Shown here one piece after another: positions 40,501-49,287 of a stretch of DNA of 64,000 bases. The notes under the pieces are model-generated. The model saw only the letters and a list, made by a program, of their open reading frames with translations. It made no database searches and was not told the DNA's origin. A program made the position numbers and the translations under genes. Position 1 is the first letter of the stretch. Each line of letters begins with the position of its first letter. Location of the stretch: assembly GCA_002382735.1 (NCBI GenBank), contig DFZN01000059.1:1-64000 (forward strand), given 5' to 3'. Source of the stretch: a bacterium UBP11_UBA4055 (lineage in GTDB: Bacteria > UBA4055).

Positions 40501-42224
40501 TAATACTTCTTAACTTCCCTATAAGCTGAAGCTCTATCCTCGAAGTTCGCTTTGATATCACCGTCCTTAAGAGCGGCGTAAGACCTGATCTCCTCAGAGA
40601 TACTTTCATTCGTGATTATGTTGTAGATCCTGTTTCTTATCGTACCGGTCCGCTCAGATAATTCGAAGTAGGAACTTATATACCTTTCCCGGTCTTCAGG
40701 ACTGCCTGCCTGCCTGACGGATATGTCAAGCATGCTTTCCGAGGCAGTCGCGTTCCCTTCACCCAAGGTCGAAAGTGAGTGGCTGAACAGGCTTTCAGGA
40801 TCATCTGTCCCGTCCGCATTCGTTCTGCACCTCAAAAAATAGCTTCCCGCCGTTGTGTATCTTCCGAGAAAGAAATATATCCTCCCGATCTTGAGGTAAA
40901 TGCTGTTCAGAGCGTCTTTCGAGCTGTACTTTTCTTCCAGAGAATTTAAGTATCTGATATATTCGTCTATCTCGTATCCGTAAACATTTTCGGGGATATT
41001 TCTTCTCTTTAATTCAACGCTGATCCTTTTTATTTCAGCCTGAGAGGATATGATCTCGTCGTCCGCGTACCTGCTTATGATGATCCTGTATATGGATTCA
41101 GCCTGCGCATATTTTTTCTGGATCTCATATATTTCCGCTATCCTGAAATATACTTCAGCGCGGGCGTCGTTACTGCCGCTTTGGAATGAGATCGTCCTGT
41201 TGTATGACAGAAGCGCGCTGCTCAGAAGTTCGCCGTACTGAGTACCGGAAGAACCTGTTATGGCGGAAAGTGCTGATTTCGCCTTGTATTCGTCAAAAAG
41301 CCTCTCCGACAGTTCAGCCTGAGCGATAAAATCTTTGAGATCGGGGATTATTCCTTCGTTCCCGCATGACCATATATCGCTGCTGCCCATCCTGTCCGAG
41401 ATAAAACAGATCCTGCCTTCGGGCGTAACGACCGGATCTTTCGACGAATATGATTCGGGAGTCAGCTGCATCGGGTCGGAATAGTATTCCCCGTCCTTAT
41501 TGATTCTGTAAAGAACGGAATTGTCCTTTATATCAAGCAGCAGGTCGCCGTTGGTATCGCCGGTTATTGCGGAATAGACAATATATGAGCCGTCATGCGG
41601 AGCGCTCAACCCTGTTATGATCTTTGTACCGAAGGTAGCCTGCACCGGCTCGGATAATTTCCCTTTCTCAAGTCTGGAAACATAAATATTGGAAAATCCG
41701 TAAATATCTCCTGAAGCCGAATAGATAATATCTCTGCCCGACAGCAAGGCTTTTTCTCCTATATCTGAACCTGTGAATGAAGGCTTTTTCCCGGATCTTT
41801 TTATTACACCCAGCTTCCCGCCGGAAGTGAAATACAAGTCTGACCCGTTCAGGAATGGACTTTTTTCCGCACCGACCGAGTGATAAAGCAGTCTTTGCGA
41901 ACCGTTATCTTCAAGCTCGTAAATATTGCCGTGAATGTCCGTTTCGTCCGAGATCATTAATAGTTTTTTGCCGTAAAATACAGGATATTCGTTCGATGGC
42001 TGCGTAGTTATGCGGGTAACTTTTTCTGTTTTCAGGTCTTTTTTGAACACATCGAAATTCCCGTACCTGTCGGAAGCGAAATAGATTTCATTTGAGTTTT
42101 TTACTGCCAAAGAAGTTTCCGCCGAAGGTTCGGTCGTTATCTGAACAGCCTCATAACTTTCTGTATCGATGCCTGAAAGCAGAGTGACAAGGGTGGCCAG
42201 AAGTATTATGAGTTTTTTCCCCAT
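34527..42224 (-). CDS. Giant secreted TPR/CHAT-domain protein (2565 aa): signal peptide, PD40/TolB-like propeller, TPR arrays, a degenerate CHAT-like domain, more TPRs, and a C-terminal CHAT peptidase domain
   Basis: N-terminal signal peptide MGKKLIILLATLVTLLSG. PD40-like repeats (YFASDRYGNFDVF, YVSRLEKGK, ICFISDRMGSSDIWS). Many TPR-like helical repeats. The C-terminal CHAT has HLPVHSF...ILSGCDTG...PHPYYWANFKLAV, giving a His/Cys dyad and the terminal hPyyWAxF signature. The central CHAT-like segment (AGHSMSSGYIPDH...AVLTGETGKD) has Glu in place of the catalytic Cys. Confidence 0.8.
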   Translation of the reverse strand: MGKKLIILLATLVTLLSGIDTESYEAVQITTEPSAETSLAVKNSNEIYFASDRYGNFDVFKKDLKTEKVTRITTQPSNEYPVFYGKKLLMISDETDIHGNIYELEDNGSQRLLYHSVGAEKSPFLNGSDLYFTSGGKLGVIKRSGKKPSFTGSDIGEKALLSGRDIIYSASGDIYGFSNIYVSRLEKGKLSEPVQATFGTKIITGLSAPHDGSYIVYSAITGDTNGDLLLDIKDNSVLYRINKDGEYYSDPMQLTPESYSSKDPVVTPEGRICFISDRMGSSDIWSCGNEGIIPDLKDFIAQAELSERLFDEYKAKSALSAITGSSGTQYGELLSSALLSYNRTISFQSGSNDARAEVYFRIAEIYEIQKKYAQAESIYRIIISRYADDEIISSQAEIKRISVELKRRNIPENVYGYEIDEYIRYLNSLEEKYSSKDALNSIYLKIGRIYFFLGRYTTAGSYFLRCRTNADGTDDPESLFSHSLSTLGEGNATASESMLDISVRQAGSPEDRERYISSYFELSERTGTIRNRIYNIITNESISEEIRSYAALKDGDIKANFEDRASAYREVKKYYVKRPDNVTLKRFSARADLKLSEILAENGYEDESEGLLKYMTASYRGIDYDLYSIAAGIKLSEIYLERAEKFNSRKLYDNALLTYTTAYELDNRNAEIIRGIADSYSNLNKTDEAIRFFSNLYNRNTNDAYLNYAMGYSYSLKGAVKRDMNEAVNYLNRALELDSGLKHAYLTLSFCHEALHLIRMKEESDGDDRNFFLKTLDYITGPFKFILETVNIIEDTDTDHTETAITLLGKGLILCQKESDRELEMKMKLNLANNYYNMGEYARKQALFYYLEVINGGYEFSSSLQKAMIYERTGHCMFTADDDAAVEYYDKALELYGNINDRKGELRVSMRTALLYLTKEDKEGDMIGGDEAFNRYSEIILKLKSEDNPEAVSLIKRNSAFAKLVDQEYTASAKIIDEIFDNEPDFTDERTRNNMIVLNFLGLDIPVWKLDLVIGSQYSEGFEGTDELALLYAMQASNYHFIKDFNKVSEYLKNKAEVFRKKGNRLALSLIENRLGIVEYYRKNWEESVKRFENSKKACLELELYGAALENENNILKAMLSGSQIMKLSGLSSAASDTTVLSVSKTASDVFSRAENLNLKGVMNYSLFKTLITGQPAEKYQAFKYLDRSIRDLTAADSVISAVKRSSERKNRISAAILFNLAAALHESGDLERSIKVFVNGRAYSDLTRDKLLKWRYLLRAGDIASEPDRKLEYWAGSEKLLSEYLPSTADYELVTGWREDIRPLYDRLISGYLKKNDMFAAMNFAERYKSRILLNYYSSRYIDYKEQLHQIHIKKIRFNNEEIIRYRQNAEIMRNKDPVKYAKTIEEYEKQADFYEKELDEIFSQIKRSNDERLLQFVSIEDIDEDALDEITGEYKAVLSIYSMPDRDLYFLRRAGYTRFAETAPGEAEKIYEIFSSELEETEHLFIIPDPDNGSFAGHSMSSGYIPDHLIVTLIPTVRSLKTVTENANINYSEFKKASEIRVKSEDMAPAFENGGIIYFDDPVGSGAVNALEKSLSFGGNTIRVKDILKYKIPAYAVLTGETGKDCMEKLIMANSMIFAGVQTVIMCTDSADGNAAVLAEKLRTEAAEKSIAAIIKESGIECTVFGLSGMDKEEQKEFASSNLRSSLMDAVRYYNSRVYEKAAVHFIQALAMARNVGDKQELNILKTLISSLSKIKDYKRAVSYGFELIKYAEDNSLDKEKIQAYDSVSKDYFRNKDYDKSIEFQNMIISDPSAQDEDKNAVFDMLSVIYSYKGDHKRSIEYKRKYLERTGLLSSGELDILPDEAGAKESELLFNSLRNIMVSYYRANETDSALSVYNSINSNLELFEDVSAESFGELLVSAGLCYMKIPEYSKAEELFFESLEYFDSEARKVPVYISIADVCYYTDRLSSALKYLALAEKSAADDGEKMRIYNTRSLVEVKLNNIPAARTYSYKALEKTIENSDEFTESTARVNLAKIMILENDVTGAQKNLSKSIELALKTDNVQAVISAEFYRGEIALDLKNMPDSALISYSNCIGLSKDAGDGYFTARALYGKGSSLLALNRTDSGMVYIEKSLELSEKSGFSDVFLESALSLAGLNEKRSPETALSILDKLTEKADSLVSRSVNQLPSDQMPVILKGYEKKIYLLLKDSKIDEAVSEMSARDRLIRSNDLKYFSLSPKISSKDENTSGIGEIQASLDNKTALLILQPHGKEGITVVITRNKVVSFGLSITKEFGDLPANIESKGEFLSASKKVYERIFVKEATDNLSGITNLIIYSTGSLKNYPFDALYDGKMFLCDRFSLTETDRLSSGKKFPESDMTTHALSLFDPFTAESDLVFAKREAGSLSDFLNNTKLVTGTDATESLLRSAAAEQYGMIHLPVHSFVLKKDSLAASGRSSYIQLSADDNNDGKTDWKEISQSDMNGKTVILSGCDTGGRSGDEYYSHFDLTAAFFEAGAKSVISSKWRTDDLAASVLMKRYFRNVAAGLPVPEALAQAKRDVRTYFDPHPYYWANFKLAVR

Positions 42225-42233
42225 CTGATAACT

Positions 42234-44867
42234 TTACAGAAAGTTCTCGATATTATTTTTTAGTTTGGCGATAGACTCGATATTATTATTCAGTTTTTCC
42301 TTTTCCTTGCTGATAACAGCCTCAGGCGCATTCGAAACGAACTGCTCATTTGACAGTTTCTTGTTTATGCCCGTATTTATCCCTTCAAGCCTCGCGATCT
42401 CTTTTTCGATCTTTTCTTTTTCTGCACCGAGGTCGATTACGCCTTCGAGCGGTATGAAAAGCTCAATACCGTTAACCATCTCGGAAGCCGAGAGTTTAGG
42501 TTTGTCCGCATTTTTATCGAAAACTATATCCTCGATCTTAGCCAGGAACATTATAACCGAAGTGAACTTTTTAAGATCTTCGTTCTCTGTTTTAAGAACA
42601 AGCTTGAGCGTCTTTGAAGGAGGAATTGAATTTTCAGCCCTGATAACCCTTATCTTACTGATCAGTTCTTTTACTGTTTCCATAACCCCTTCGGATTCCT
42701 CGTCAATTAGCTTTCTGTCTGCTTCAGGTATGGATGAGAGCATGATAGAATCTCTTTCCTTCCTCTCTTCGATCCCGTGCCAGAGTTCTTCTGTAATGAA
42801 CGGCATGAACGGATGAAGCAGCCTGAGCGCAATATCAAAATTATAGAAAGCGTTCTCGAGAACAGATCTTCTTTCCTCTTCATTTTCGGACTGAAACCTT
42901 GATTTTGCCATCTCGATATACCAATCACAGAAATCGTTCCATAAAAATTCATAAATCGCTTTCAGTGCCTCGTTGAGCTGGAATGTTTTGAATTTTTCTT
43001 CAACTGTCTCTATCGTATGATTCAGCCTCGAATTGATCCATTTATCTTCGATGAAGTCAGTGTGACATATCTGTTTAACATCCGGATTTTTCTCTTTGTT
43101 CATCATCAGAAATCTTGCCGCGTTCCAGATCTTGTTCGCGAAACTTCGGCCTATCTCACACTTGTCTGTCGAGAAAAGAATGTCGTTTCCTACAGGTGTC
43201 AGCCTGATCATAGTGAACCTCAATGCATCAGCGCCGTACTCTTTTATAACATTCAGCGGATCAGGTGAGTTACCGAGAGATTTAGACATTTTTCTGCCCT
43301 TTTCGTCCCTTACCATTCCGTTGAAATAAACATCTCTGAAAGGAATTTCATGCTTATATTCCATTCCTGCTATAATCATCCTTGCAACCCAAGGAAAAAG
43401 AATATCGGGTCCTGTTATGAGAATGTTTGTCGGATAGAAATAGTCCTGCTCCTCTTGGGTTCTGAAAACCTCGTAAGGCCAGATCCAGCTTGAAGCCCAT
43501 GTGTCGAGAACATCATTGTCCTGATGAATATGATCGGATGATCCGCATTTTATACATTTGTCAGGTTTAGAAGATTCGCACATTTTTACGGTTTCGCATC
43601 CTTTGTTTGAGCAGTAATAGATCGGTATTCTATGTCCCCACCATAGTTGGCGAGATAAACACCAGTCTTGAATATTGTTAAGCCAGTGGTTGTATGTCTT
43701 TATCCACTTTTCGGGATGGAATTTTATAGTTCCGTTATTCACGACCTCGAGAGCAGGTTTTACAAGTTCGGACATTTTCAGGTACCACTGCTCCGACATC
43801 AGATACTCGATCGGCTCTTTCCCGCGCTGGCTCACGCTGAGCTGGTTTATATGCGGCTCTATCTTGTCGACAAGCCCGAGTTCCTGAAGTTCCGCAACGA
43901 CTTTCTTACGCGCTACGAATCTGTCTAAGCCTCTGAACCTTTCGGGTACATTGTCATTAAGTGTTGCGTTCGGGTTCATGATGTTTATGACCGCAAGCCC
44001 GTGCCTCTGCCCCACAAGATTATCGTTCGGGTCATGACCCGGCGTGATCTTGACGGCGCCCGTACCCTTTTCCGGATCGGCGTGCGTATCCGCTATGATC
44101 GGGATCTCGCGGCCGACGATCGGCAGTACCGCCGTCCTGCCGATCAGGTGATTAAGTCTGGCGTTGTCGGGATGAATCGCGACCGCCGTATCGCCGAACA
44201 TCGTCTCCGGCCTCGTAGTCGCTACTGTTACGAACTCGTTCGAGTCCTTGATCGGGTATTTAAAATACCACAGGTGTCCCTTATTCTCGATAAACTCGAC
44301 TTCCTCGTCAGAGATCACCGACATCGAGGCCGGGCACCAGTTAACCAGCCTGTATCCTTTGTAGATGAGACCTTTTTTATAAAGATCGACAAATGTGTCT
44401 ATAACGGCTTTATAATAGTCATCGTCCATGGTAAAACGCTCACGCTCCCAGTCGCATGCGCAGCCGAGTTTCTTGAGCTGCTGAATTATGATCCCGCCGT
44501 ATTTATCCTTCCACTCCTTCGCCTTAAGAAGAAATTCTTCCCTGCCCAGATCCTTTTTATCAATTCCCTGATCTTTAAGCATAGCCGTGACTTTTGATTC
44601 TGTAGCGATGGAAGCATGATCCGTTCCGGGCACCCAGCAGGTCTCGAACCCTTTAAGCTTATGGTATCTGATGAACACATCCTGAAGAGTATTATTGAGC
44701 ACATGGCCTATCGTAAGCATACCTGTAACATTCGGCGGCGGTATCACTATCGTGTAAGGTTTTTTATCTTTATTGACTTTGCTTTTGAAATAGCCCTTCT
44801 TCAGCCATTCCGCATAGATCCTGTCCTCTATCAGTGTAGGATCGTAGGTTTTGGATATTTCGCTCAT
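42234..44867 (-). CDS. valS: Valine--tRNA ligase
   Basis: HIGH-type GHVLNNT motif, KMSKS motif, conserved editing and anticodon-binding regions, and a C-terminal coiled coil. 877 aa. Confidence 0.95.
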   Translation of the reverse strand: MSEISKTYDPTLIEDRIYAEWLKKGYFKSKVNKDKKPYTIVIPPPNVTGMLTIGHVLNNTLQDVFIRYHKLKGFETCWVPGTDHASIATESKVTAMLKDQGIDKKDLGREEFLLKAKEWKDKYGGIIIQQLKKLGCACDWERERFTMDDDYYKAVIDTFVDLYKKGLIYKGYRLVNWCPASMSVISDEEVEFIENKGHLWYFKYPIKDSNEFVTVATTRPETMFGDTAVAIHPDNARLNHLIGRTAVLPIVGREIPIIADTHADPEKGTGAVKITPGHDPNDNLVGQRHGLAVINIMNPNATLNDNVPERFRGLDRFVARKKVVAELQELGLVDKIEPHINQLSVSQRGKEPIEYLMSEQWYLKMSELVKPALEVVNNGTIKFHPEKWIKTYNHWLNNIQDWCLSRQLWWGHRIPIYYCSNKGCETVKMCESSKPDKCIKCGSSDHIHQDNDVLDTWASSWIWPYEVFRTQEEQDYFYPTNILITGPDILFPWVARMIIAGMEYKHEIPFRDVYFNGMVRDEKGRKMSKSLGNSPDPLNVIKEYGADALRFTMIRLTPVGNDILFSTDKCEIGRSFANKIWNAARFLMMNKEKNPDVKQICHTDFIEDKWINSRLNHTIETVEEKFKTFQLNEALKAIYEFLWNDFCDWYIEMAKSRFQSENEEERRSVLENAFYNFDIALRLLHPFMPFITEELWHGIEERKERDSIMLSSIPEADRKLIDEESEGVMETVKELISKIRVIRAENSIPPSKTLKLVLKTENEDLKKFTSVIMFLAKIEDIVFDKNADKPKLSASEMVNGIELFIPLEGVIDLGAEKEKIEKEIARLEGINTGINKKLSNEQFVSNAPEAVISKEKEKLNNNIESIAKLKNNIENFL

Positions 44868-45060
44868 CTCATTGTTTCCGTTGGTTAATTAACTTGTTTT
44901 CTACCGTTTACTTGAAGAGTATTGAATATAATAAATATTACGCTGTTTAGTCAAGAATATTTAAGCTGATAATGCTTTTACGGAATTTGAATTTAAAAAT
45001 AATCGAATCATTAATTATATAATTGTTTTACCGTAAACTACCGATATTTTAACTATTTAT

Positions 45061-45089
45061 TTGACTTTGCGACATTTTTTAATTATATT
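45061..45089 (+). promoter_or_regulatory. Sigma70-type promoter for fic (TTGACT-N17-TATATT)
   Basis: Seen in sequence about 30 nt upstream of the fic ATG. The 5'UTR carries a GGAG SD. Confidence 0.35.
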
Positions 45090-45120
45090 TCACAGATGAT
45101 AATTGTTTTACGGAGTTTGA

Positions 45121-46647
45121 ATGGAAACGAACCGTCCGGAATATAGAATTGCAGGCTATTCTTTCCTGATCAGTAAATACGGCATTGATACATTTCCCCT
45201 TAAGCACATTTCGAAGATATCTCACCACAGTGAACGCCGTACCGTAATGAATGGTGAAGTAACGGAAGATATATATCCTCATAAGTACTGGCCGGGACAT
45301 GACACAAAAGACCATCTTGAGTTCGCTTTGAAATACGACGGCGTCGATCTTCTCTGCTTAAATTTAATTTTTGATGCAGCGGGCGAGAATGAGATACTCG
45401 ACTATATCGGATCGAAACCCACAGGAAAATATTCGCGCCGCATTTGGTTCTTTTATGAATTTTTCAAAGGTGTCCGGCTGCCTTTAGCAGACCTGGAAAG
45501 CGGAAATTATATAGAAGCTCTTGAGAGCGGACTCTATTACACTGTGTCTCCGGGAGCAAGAAGTCAGAGACACCGTGTCTTAAATAACCTTTTAGGTAAT
45601 AGGGATTTCTGCCCGACGGTCAGAAAAACTGAAAAGCTTAAAATATTCGAATCGGTAGAACTGAAGAAATTGTGCGAAAATGTTCTCCGGTCATATCCTC
45701 CTGAACTTATAAAAAGAGCCTTGAGTTATTTTTACAACAAAGAAACAAAATCATCTTTTGAGATCGAGAACATCAAACCCGGTTTTTCGAGAACGGAAAA
45801 ATTTATATCTCTGCTCGAATCAGCCGGACAGGAAGATTTTTGCAGTAAAGAAAAACTTATTGAGCTGCAGAACAGGACAGTTGATCCCAGATTCGCTGAC
45901 TCCGGCTTCCGTAGCTCACAGAACTATGTTGGACAGACCGTATCTTATCAGAAGGAGATCGTCCACTATATATCTCCCAAACCTGATGATCTGATCAGCA
46001 TGATGAAAGGCCTTGAAGCTGCTCACCTGAATATGATGAAAGGAAAAGTTCCCGCGGTAGTTCATGCAGGGATTATTTCATACGGATTTGTATTCCTGCA
46101 CCCTTTCGAAGACGGTAACGGAAGGATCCACAGGTTTCTGATCCATAATATCTTATCTATCAGGGGGCTTGTACCTGACGGGCTTATTTTTCCCGTATCT
46201 GCGGTAATATTAAAAAATCCTTCGGATTACAATGATTCTCTTGAGTCCTTCTCAAAAAAGATCATGAAGCTGACCGAATACAGCCTTGACGAAAAAGGAA
46301 TAATGACCGTTCTGAACAGCACGGATAAATTTTACAGATTCACCGATATGACAGTTCAGGCTGAATATCTTTATGACTTTGTTATCCGTACGATCGAAAA
46401 TGAACTTACCGAAGAACTGGACTTTCTTGTTAATTATGACCGTGCCAAAAATGCCGTTAAGGATATAATCGATATGCCGGACAGGCTTATAGATCTATTC
46501 ATTCAGTTATGCGTTCAAAATGAGGGCAGGATATCTTTCAGGAAAAGAAAAAATCACTTTGATTTCCTGACAGATGACGAACTTTCCGCTATGGAGGCAG
46601 CTGTCGGAGAAATATATAAATTGAAACTGTCATCGGAGGAGAAATGA
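45121..46647 (+). CDS. fic: Fic/Doc-family protein (AMPylation-type) with a long N-terminal domain
   Basis: The canonical Fic motif [14 protein letters not shown]. 508 aa. Confidence 0.85.
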   Translation: METNRPEYRIAGYSFLISKYGIDTFPLKHISKISHHSERRTVMNGEVTEDIYPHKYWPGHDTKDHLEFALKYDGVDLLCLNLIFDAAGENEILDYIGSKPTGKYSRRIWFFYEFFKGVRLPLADLESGNYIEALESGLYYTVSPGARSQRHRVLNNLLGNRDFCPTVRKTEKLKIFESVELKKLCENVLRSYPPELIKRALSYFYNKETKSSFEIENIKPGFSRTEKFISLLESAGQEDFCSKEKLIELQNRTVDPRFADSGFRSSQNYVGQTVSYQKEIVHYISPKPDDLISMMKGLEAAHLNMMKGKVPAVVHAGIISYGFVFLHPFEDGNGRIHRFLIHNILSIRGLVPDGLIFPVSAVILKNPSDYNDSLESFSKKIMKLTEYSLDEKGIMTVLNSTDKFYRFTDMTVQAEYLYDFVIRTIENELTEELDFLVNYDRAKNAVKDIIDMPDRLIDLFIQLCVQNEGRISFRKRKNHFDFLTDDELSAMEAAVGEIYKLKLSSEEK

Positions 46648-47060
46648 AGTCATACAGAAAGGAATTGTGGTTCAGCACGACGCAGAGAAGGGAGTTTATC
46701 AATATTACGCATGAAGTTCAGAGATCGATAGACGAAAGCGGCATAAAAGAGGGGCTTGTGCTTGTCAACGCAATGCATATCACGGCTTCAGTTTTTATCA
46801 ACGACGACGAATCAGGGCTGCATCACGACTACGAAGTCTGGCTCGAAAAGCTCGCGCCCGAAAAACCGCACTCGCAGTACAGGCATAACGGCTATGAGGA
46901 CAATGCAGACGCTCACATGAAAAGACAGGTCATGGGCAGAGAGGTCGTCTGCGCCGTCACGAACGGGCAGCTGGATTTCGGACCGTGGGAGCAGATATTT
47001 TACGGGGAGTTCGACGGTAAGAGAAAGAAACGCGTGCTCGTTAAAGTGATCGGCGAATAG
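46644..47060 (+). CDS. YjbQ/UPF0047-family protein (secondary thiamine-phosphate synthase-like)
   Basis: The family pattern matches along the full length (NITHEV...[21 protein letters not shown]...[20 protein letters not shown]...[29 protein letters not shown]). Overlaps fic by 4 nt. Confidence 0.8.
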   Translation: MKSYRKELWFSTTQRREFINITHEVQRSIDESGIKEGLVLVNAMHITASVFINDDESGLHHDYEVWLEKLAPEKPHSQYRHNGYEDNADAHMKRQVMGREVVCAVTNGQLDFGPWEQIFYGEFDGKRKKRVLVKVIGE

Positions 47061-47098
47061 GAATATACTTACCACTGACATATTTTACCGGAATGACC

Positions 47099-47326
47099 TT
47101 ATTTGTTTTCATTTTTCTTCCGTCTTGCGATCATGACAACAGTCAGCCCGACAAGAAAAAGAACGGCATGCACTCCGAGAAGGTGCCACATCGGATATTC
47201 ACCCATACCGAGTTCAATATCAGGTATCTGACTTGTCAGATTTTTATTTACATAAGCCAGTATCCCGTTATAAAAGGCTGAAGCCATCAGTACATAACCG
47301 ATGAATAAGAGTATTTTCTTTCCCAT
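47099..47326 (-). CDS. Small two-TM membrane protein (75 aa)
   Basis: Two hydrophobic helices. Lies 9 nt downstream of the VWA gene in the same operon. Confidence 0.35.
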   Translation of the reverse strand: MGKKILLFIGYVLMASAFYNGILAYVNKNLTSQIPDIELGMGEYPMWHLLGVHAVLFLVGLTVVMIARRKKNENK

Positions 47327-47335
47327 TTTTCCCCC

Positions 47336-48319
47336 TTAAGGGTTTTTGAGAAATATAGTGTTTTCAAGCAGCAATGCAAGCAAAAATAAAAATATCGCCG
47401 GCAGAAGGAACAGATGATATTTTTCGTGGAACCGCTTGTATGATTTAATTTCGATCTTCGTTTTTTCCAGCTCGTCTATCTCTTTGTATATCTTGGCGAG
47501 TTTATCTTTATCGGTTGCTCTGTAGAATTTTCCGCCGGTAGTCGATGCGACCTTAGTCATCATCTCCTCGTCTATCTTGAACTCGACCTCGCGAAGCACA
47601 GTCTGGCCGAACGGCGTCTGGAAAGGGTACGGCGCTCTGGATCTGCCTATGCCGATGGTATAAATTTTCATTTCCATAGCCGAGGCAACTTCCGCCGCCG
47701 TTTCCGGGCTCACCTCGCCCTTGTTGTTGTCGCCGTCCGTCAAAAGTATTATGACCTTGCTCTTGGCGTCGCTGCCCTTCAGTCTGTTGACCGAGGTGAT
47801 GATGCCCGACCCTATCGCCGTCCCGTCCTCGATCACACCCGTCTTGATGTTGCGCGTCAGCTCGTTCAGTATCCCGTAATCCGTCGTGAGCGGGCACTGT
47901 GTATATGCTTCTCCCGCAAAAAGCACCATGCCTATCCTGTCGTTCTTTCGTCCGTTGATGAACTCCCGGGCAACATCAAGTGACGCCTCGAACCTGTTGG
48001 GCTGAAAATCCTGAGCGAGCATTGAGGTCGAGATGTCCAGCGCGAGCATGATGTCGATACCCTCGGTCGTGGTCTCGGACGACTCTGAAGTGGACTGAGG
48101 CCGTGCGAGCGCAAGGATCATCAGGGCGGCCGCGATGAACTTGAGCACATAAGGCGTTTCGATCAGCCTGACCCTCAAAGTCTTCTTTATGCCGGAAAAA
48201 GTTTCTGAGCCGGAAAATCTTATATACGCCCGTTTCTGCTTTATGAAATGGTATAACAGTGCGATAACAGGCACGAATAACAAATACAGATAATGAGGGT
48301 CGGCGAATTTGAATATCAT
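47336..48319 (-). CDS. BatA-like von Willebrand factor A domain membrane protein
   Basis: Two N-terminal TM helices, then a VWA domain with MIDAS residues (LALDISTSM...). C-terminal TM segment. Confidence 0.8.
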   Translation of the reverse strand: MIFKFADPHYLYLLFVPVIALLYHFIKQKRAYIRFSGSETFSGIKKTLRVRLIETPYVLKFIAAALMILALARPQSTSESSETTTEGIDIMLALDISTSMLAQDFQPNRFEASLDVAREFINGRKNDRIGMVLFAGEAYTQCPLTTDYGILNELTRNIKTGVIEDGTAIGSGIITSVNRLKGSDAKSKVIILLTDGDNNKGEVSPETAAEVASAMEMKIYTIGIGRSRAPYPFQTPFGQTVLREVEFKIDEEMMTKVASTTGGKFYRATDKDKLAKIYKEIDELEKTKIEIKSYKRFHEKYHLFLLPAIFLFLLALLLENTIFLKNP

Positions 48320-49287
48320 TTTTTCTTACCGTTCGTTTCTTCTTTCAGTTTATCTACAGCCTTATATGCGAACTCGATGAACGATTTAAGCTCTCCTTCA
48401 AGCGGAATGAATTTTGCGTATTTCACAAAGTCCGTCACCTCTAAAAGCTTATCTGAATTCTCTATCGTTTCGGCGTCCGTCACTCTTGATCTTATCTCTG
48501 ACTTGAGCTCCTCTGTAGGCAGCTCGGCTCCCGGAAAATCGAACCTGTCCTCCAGAAAATTCCTGAAGATCAGCGATAATTCCGCCGCGAAGTCCTTGAA
48601 CTCTCCCCGCTCAAGATATTTCTTCTCCTTAAGCTTATCGAGCATCTGAAACGCTATGACATGAGCCGGGATCTTCTTTTCTATAACGATCTCTTCCGCG
48701 CCGTTCTTCTTCCGCTTTCTTTTTGCCATGAACCACACCGTCAGTACGAGCAGAACGACAAAAGCTAAGAATGTGCCCAGATACCACTTCTCCCGGGCCG
48801 ACATTTTATAAACAGCTATATCCTTGATCGGCAGAACCATGCCTAACGAGTCTAAAGACACCTCTTTCTGATTGCCCAGAGAATCGACCACCGTTACTTT
48901 AGCTTCCTTTATTATAGACTTCACATTGACCCTGATCGAATCGCTTTTGAACTCGAAAACATCCTCGCCTTTCACGAATGAATATTCAAGCGGTCCGAAA
49001 TAATGCTCGCCCTCTTTGGCGAAAACGGCGTAATCGTTCTGAAATACCTCATGCACAAGCCCCGCATCCTTTCCCTGCGACTTCACGACCGACTCCACCA
49101 GCTCGAAATCCTCCGACTGCGTGTTCTGTATCCTGCTCAGGTCAACGGTCGATCCCTCAGGGTAGTCAAGTTCGATCGTTATCCGAAGCCTCTCGCCGGT
49201 ATAAAGTTCGGTCCTGTTCGTGAATATTTTGATCTCCGCGCTCAATGCAAAGGTCAACGCCAGTATTAAAAATATAAATTTCTTCAC
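48316..49287 (-). CDS. Hypothetical membrane protein of the MoxR/DUF58/VWA operon
   Basis: Signal peptide, an extracytoplasmic roughly 170-aa domain, a single TM (WYLGTFLAFVVLLVLTVWFMAKRKRKK) and a cytoplasmic tail. Overlaps both neighbours by 4 nt. Confidence 0.5.
   Translation of the reverse strand: MKKFIFLILALTFALSAEIKIFTNRTELYTGERLRITIELDYPEGSTVDLSRIQNTQSEDFELVESVVKSQGKDAGLVHEVFQNDYAVFAKEGEHYFGPLEYSFVKGEDVFEFKSDSIRVNVKSIIKEAKVTVVDSLGNQKEVSLDSLGMVLPIKDIAVYKMSAREKWYLGTFLAFVVLLVLTVWFMAKRKRKKNGAEEIVIEKKIPAHVIAFQMLDKLKEKKYLERGEFKDFAAELSLIFRNFLEDRFDFPGAELPTEELKSEIRSRVTDAETIENSDKLLEVTDFVKYAKFIPLEGELKSFIEFAYKAVDKLKEETNGKKK

Noticed and set aside
47553-48114. Arg/His/Gly-rich ORFs (114 and 60 aa) antisense within the BatA VWA gene
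   Set aside because: They lie entirely inside a well-supported CDS on the same strand but in a different reading frame, and have low-complexity composition. Spurious.
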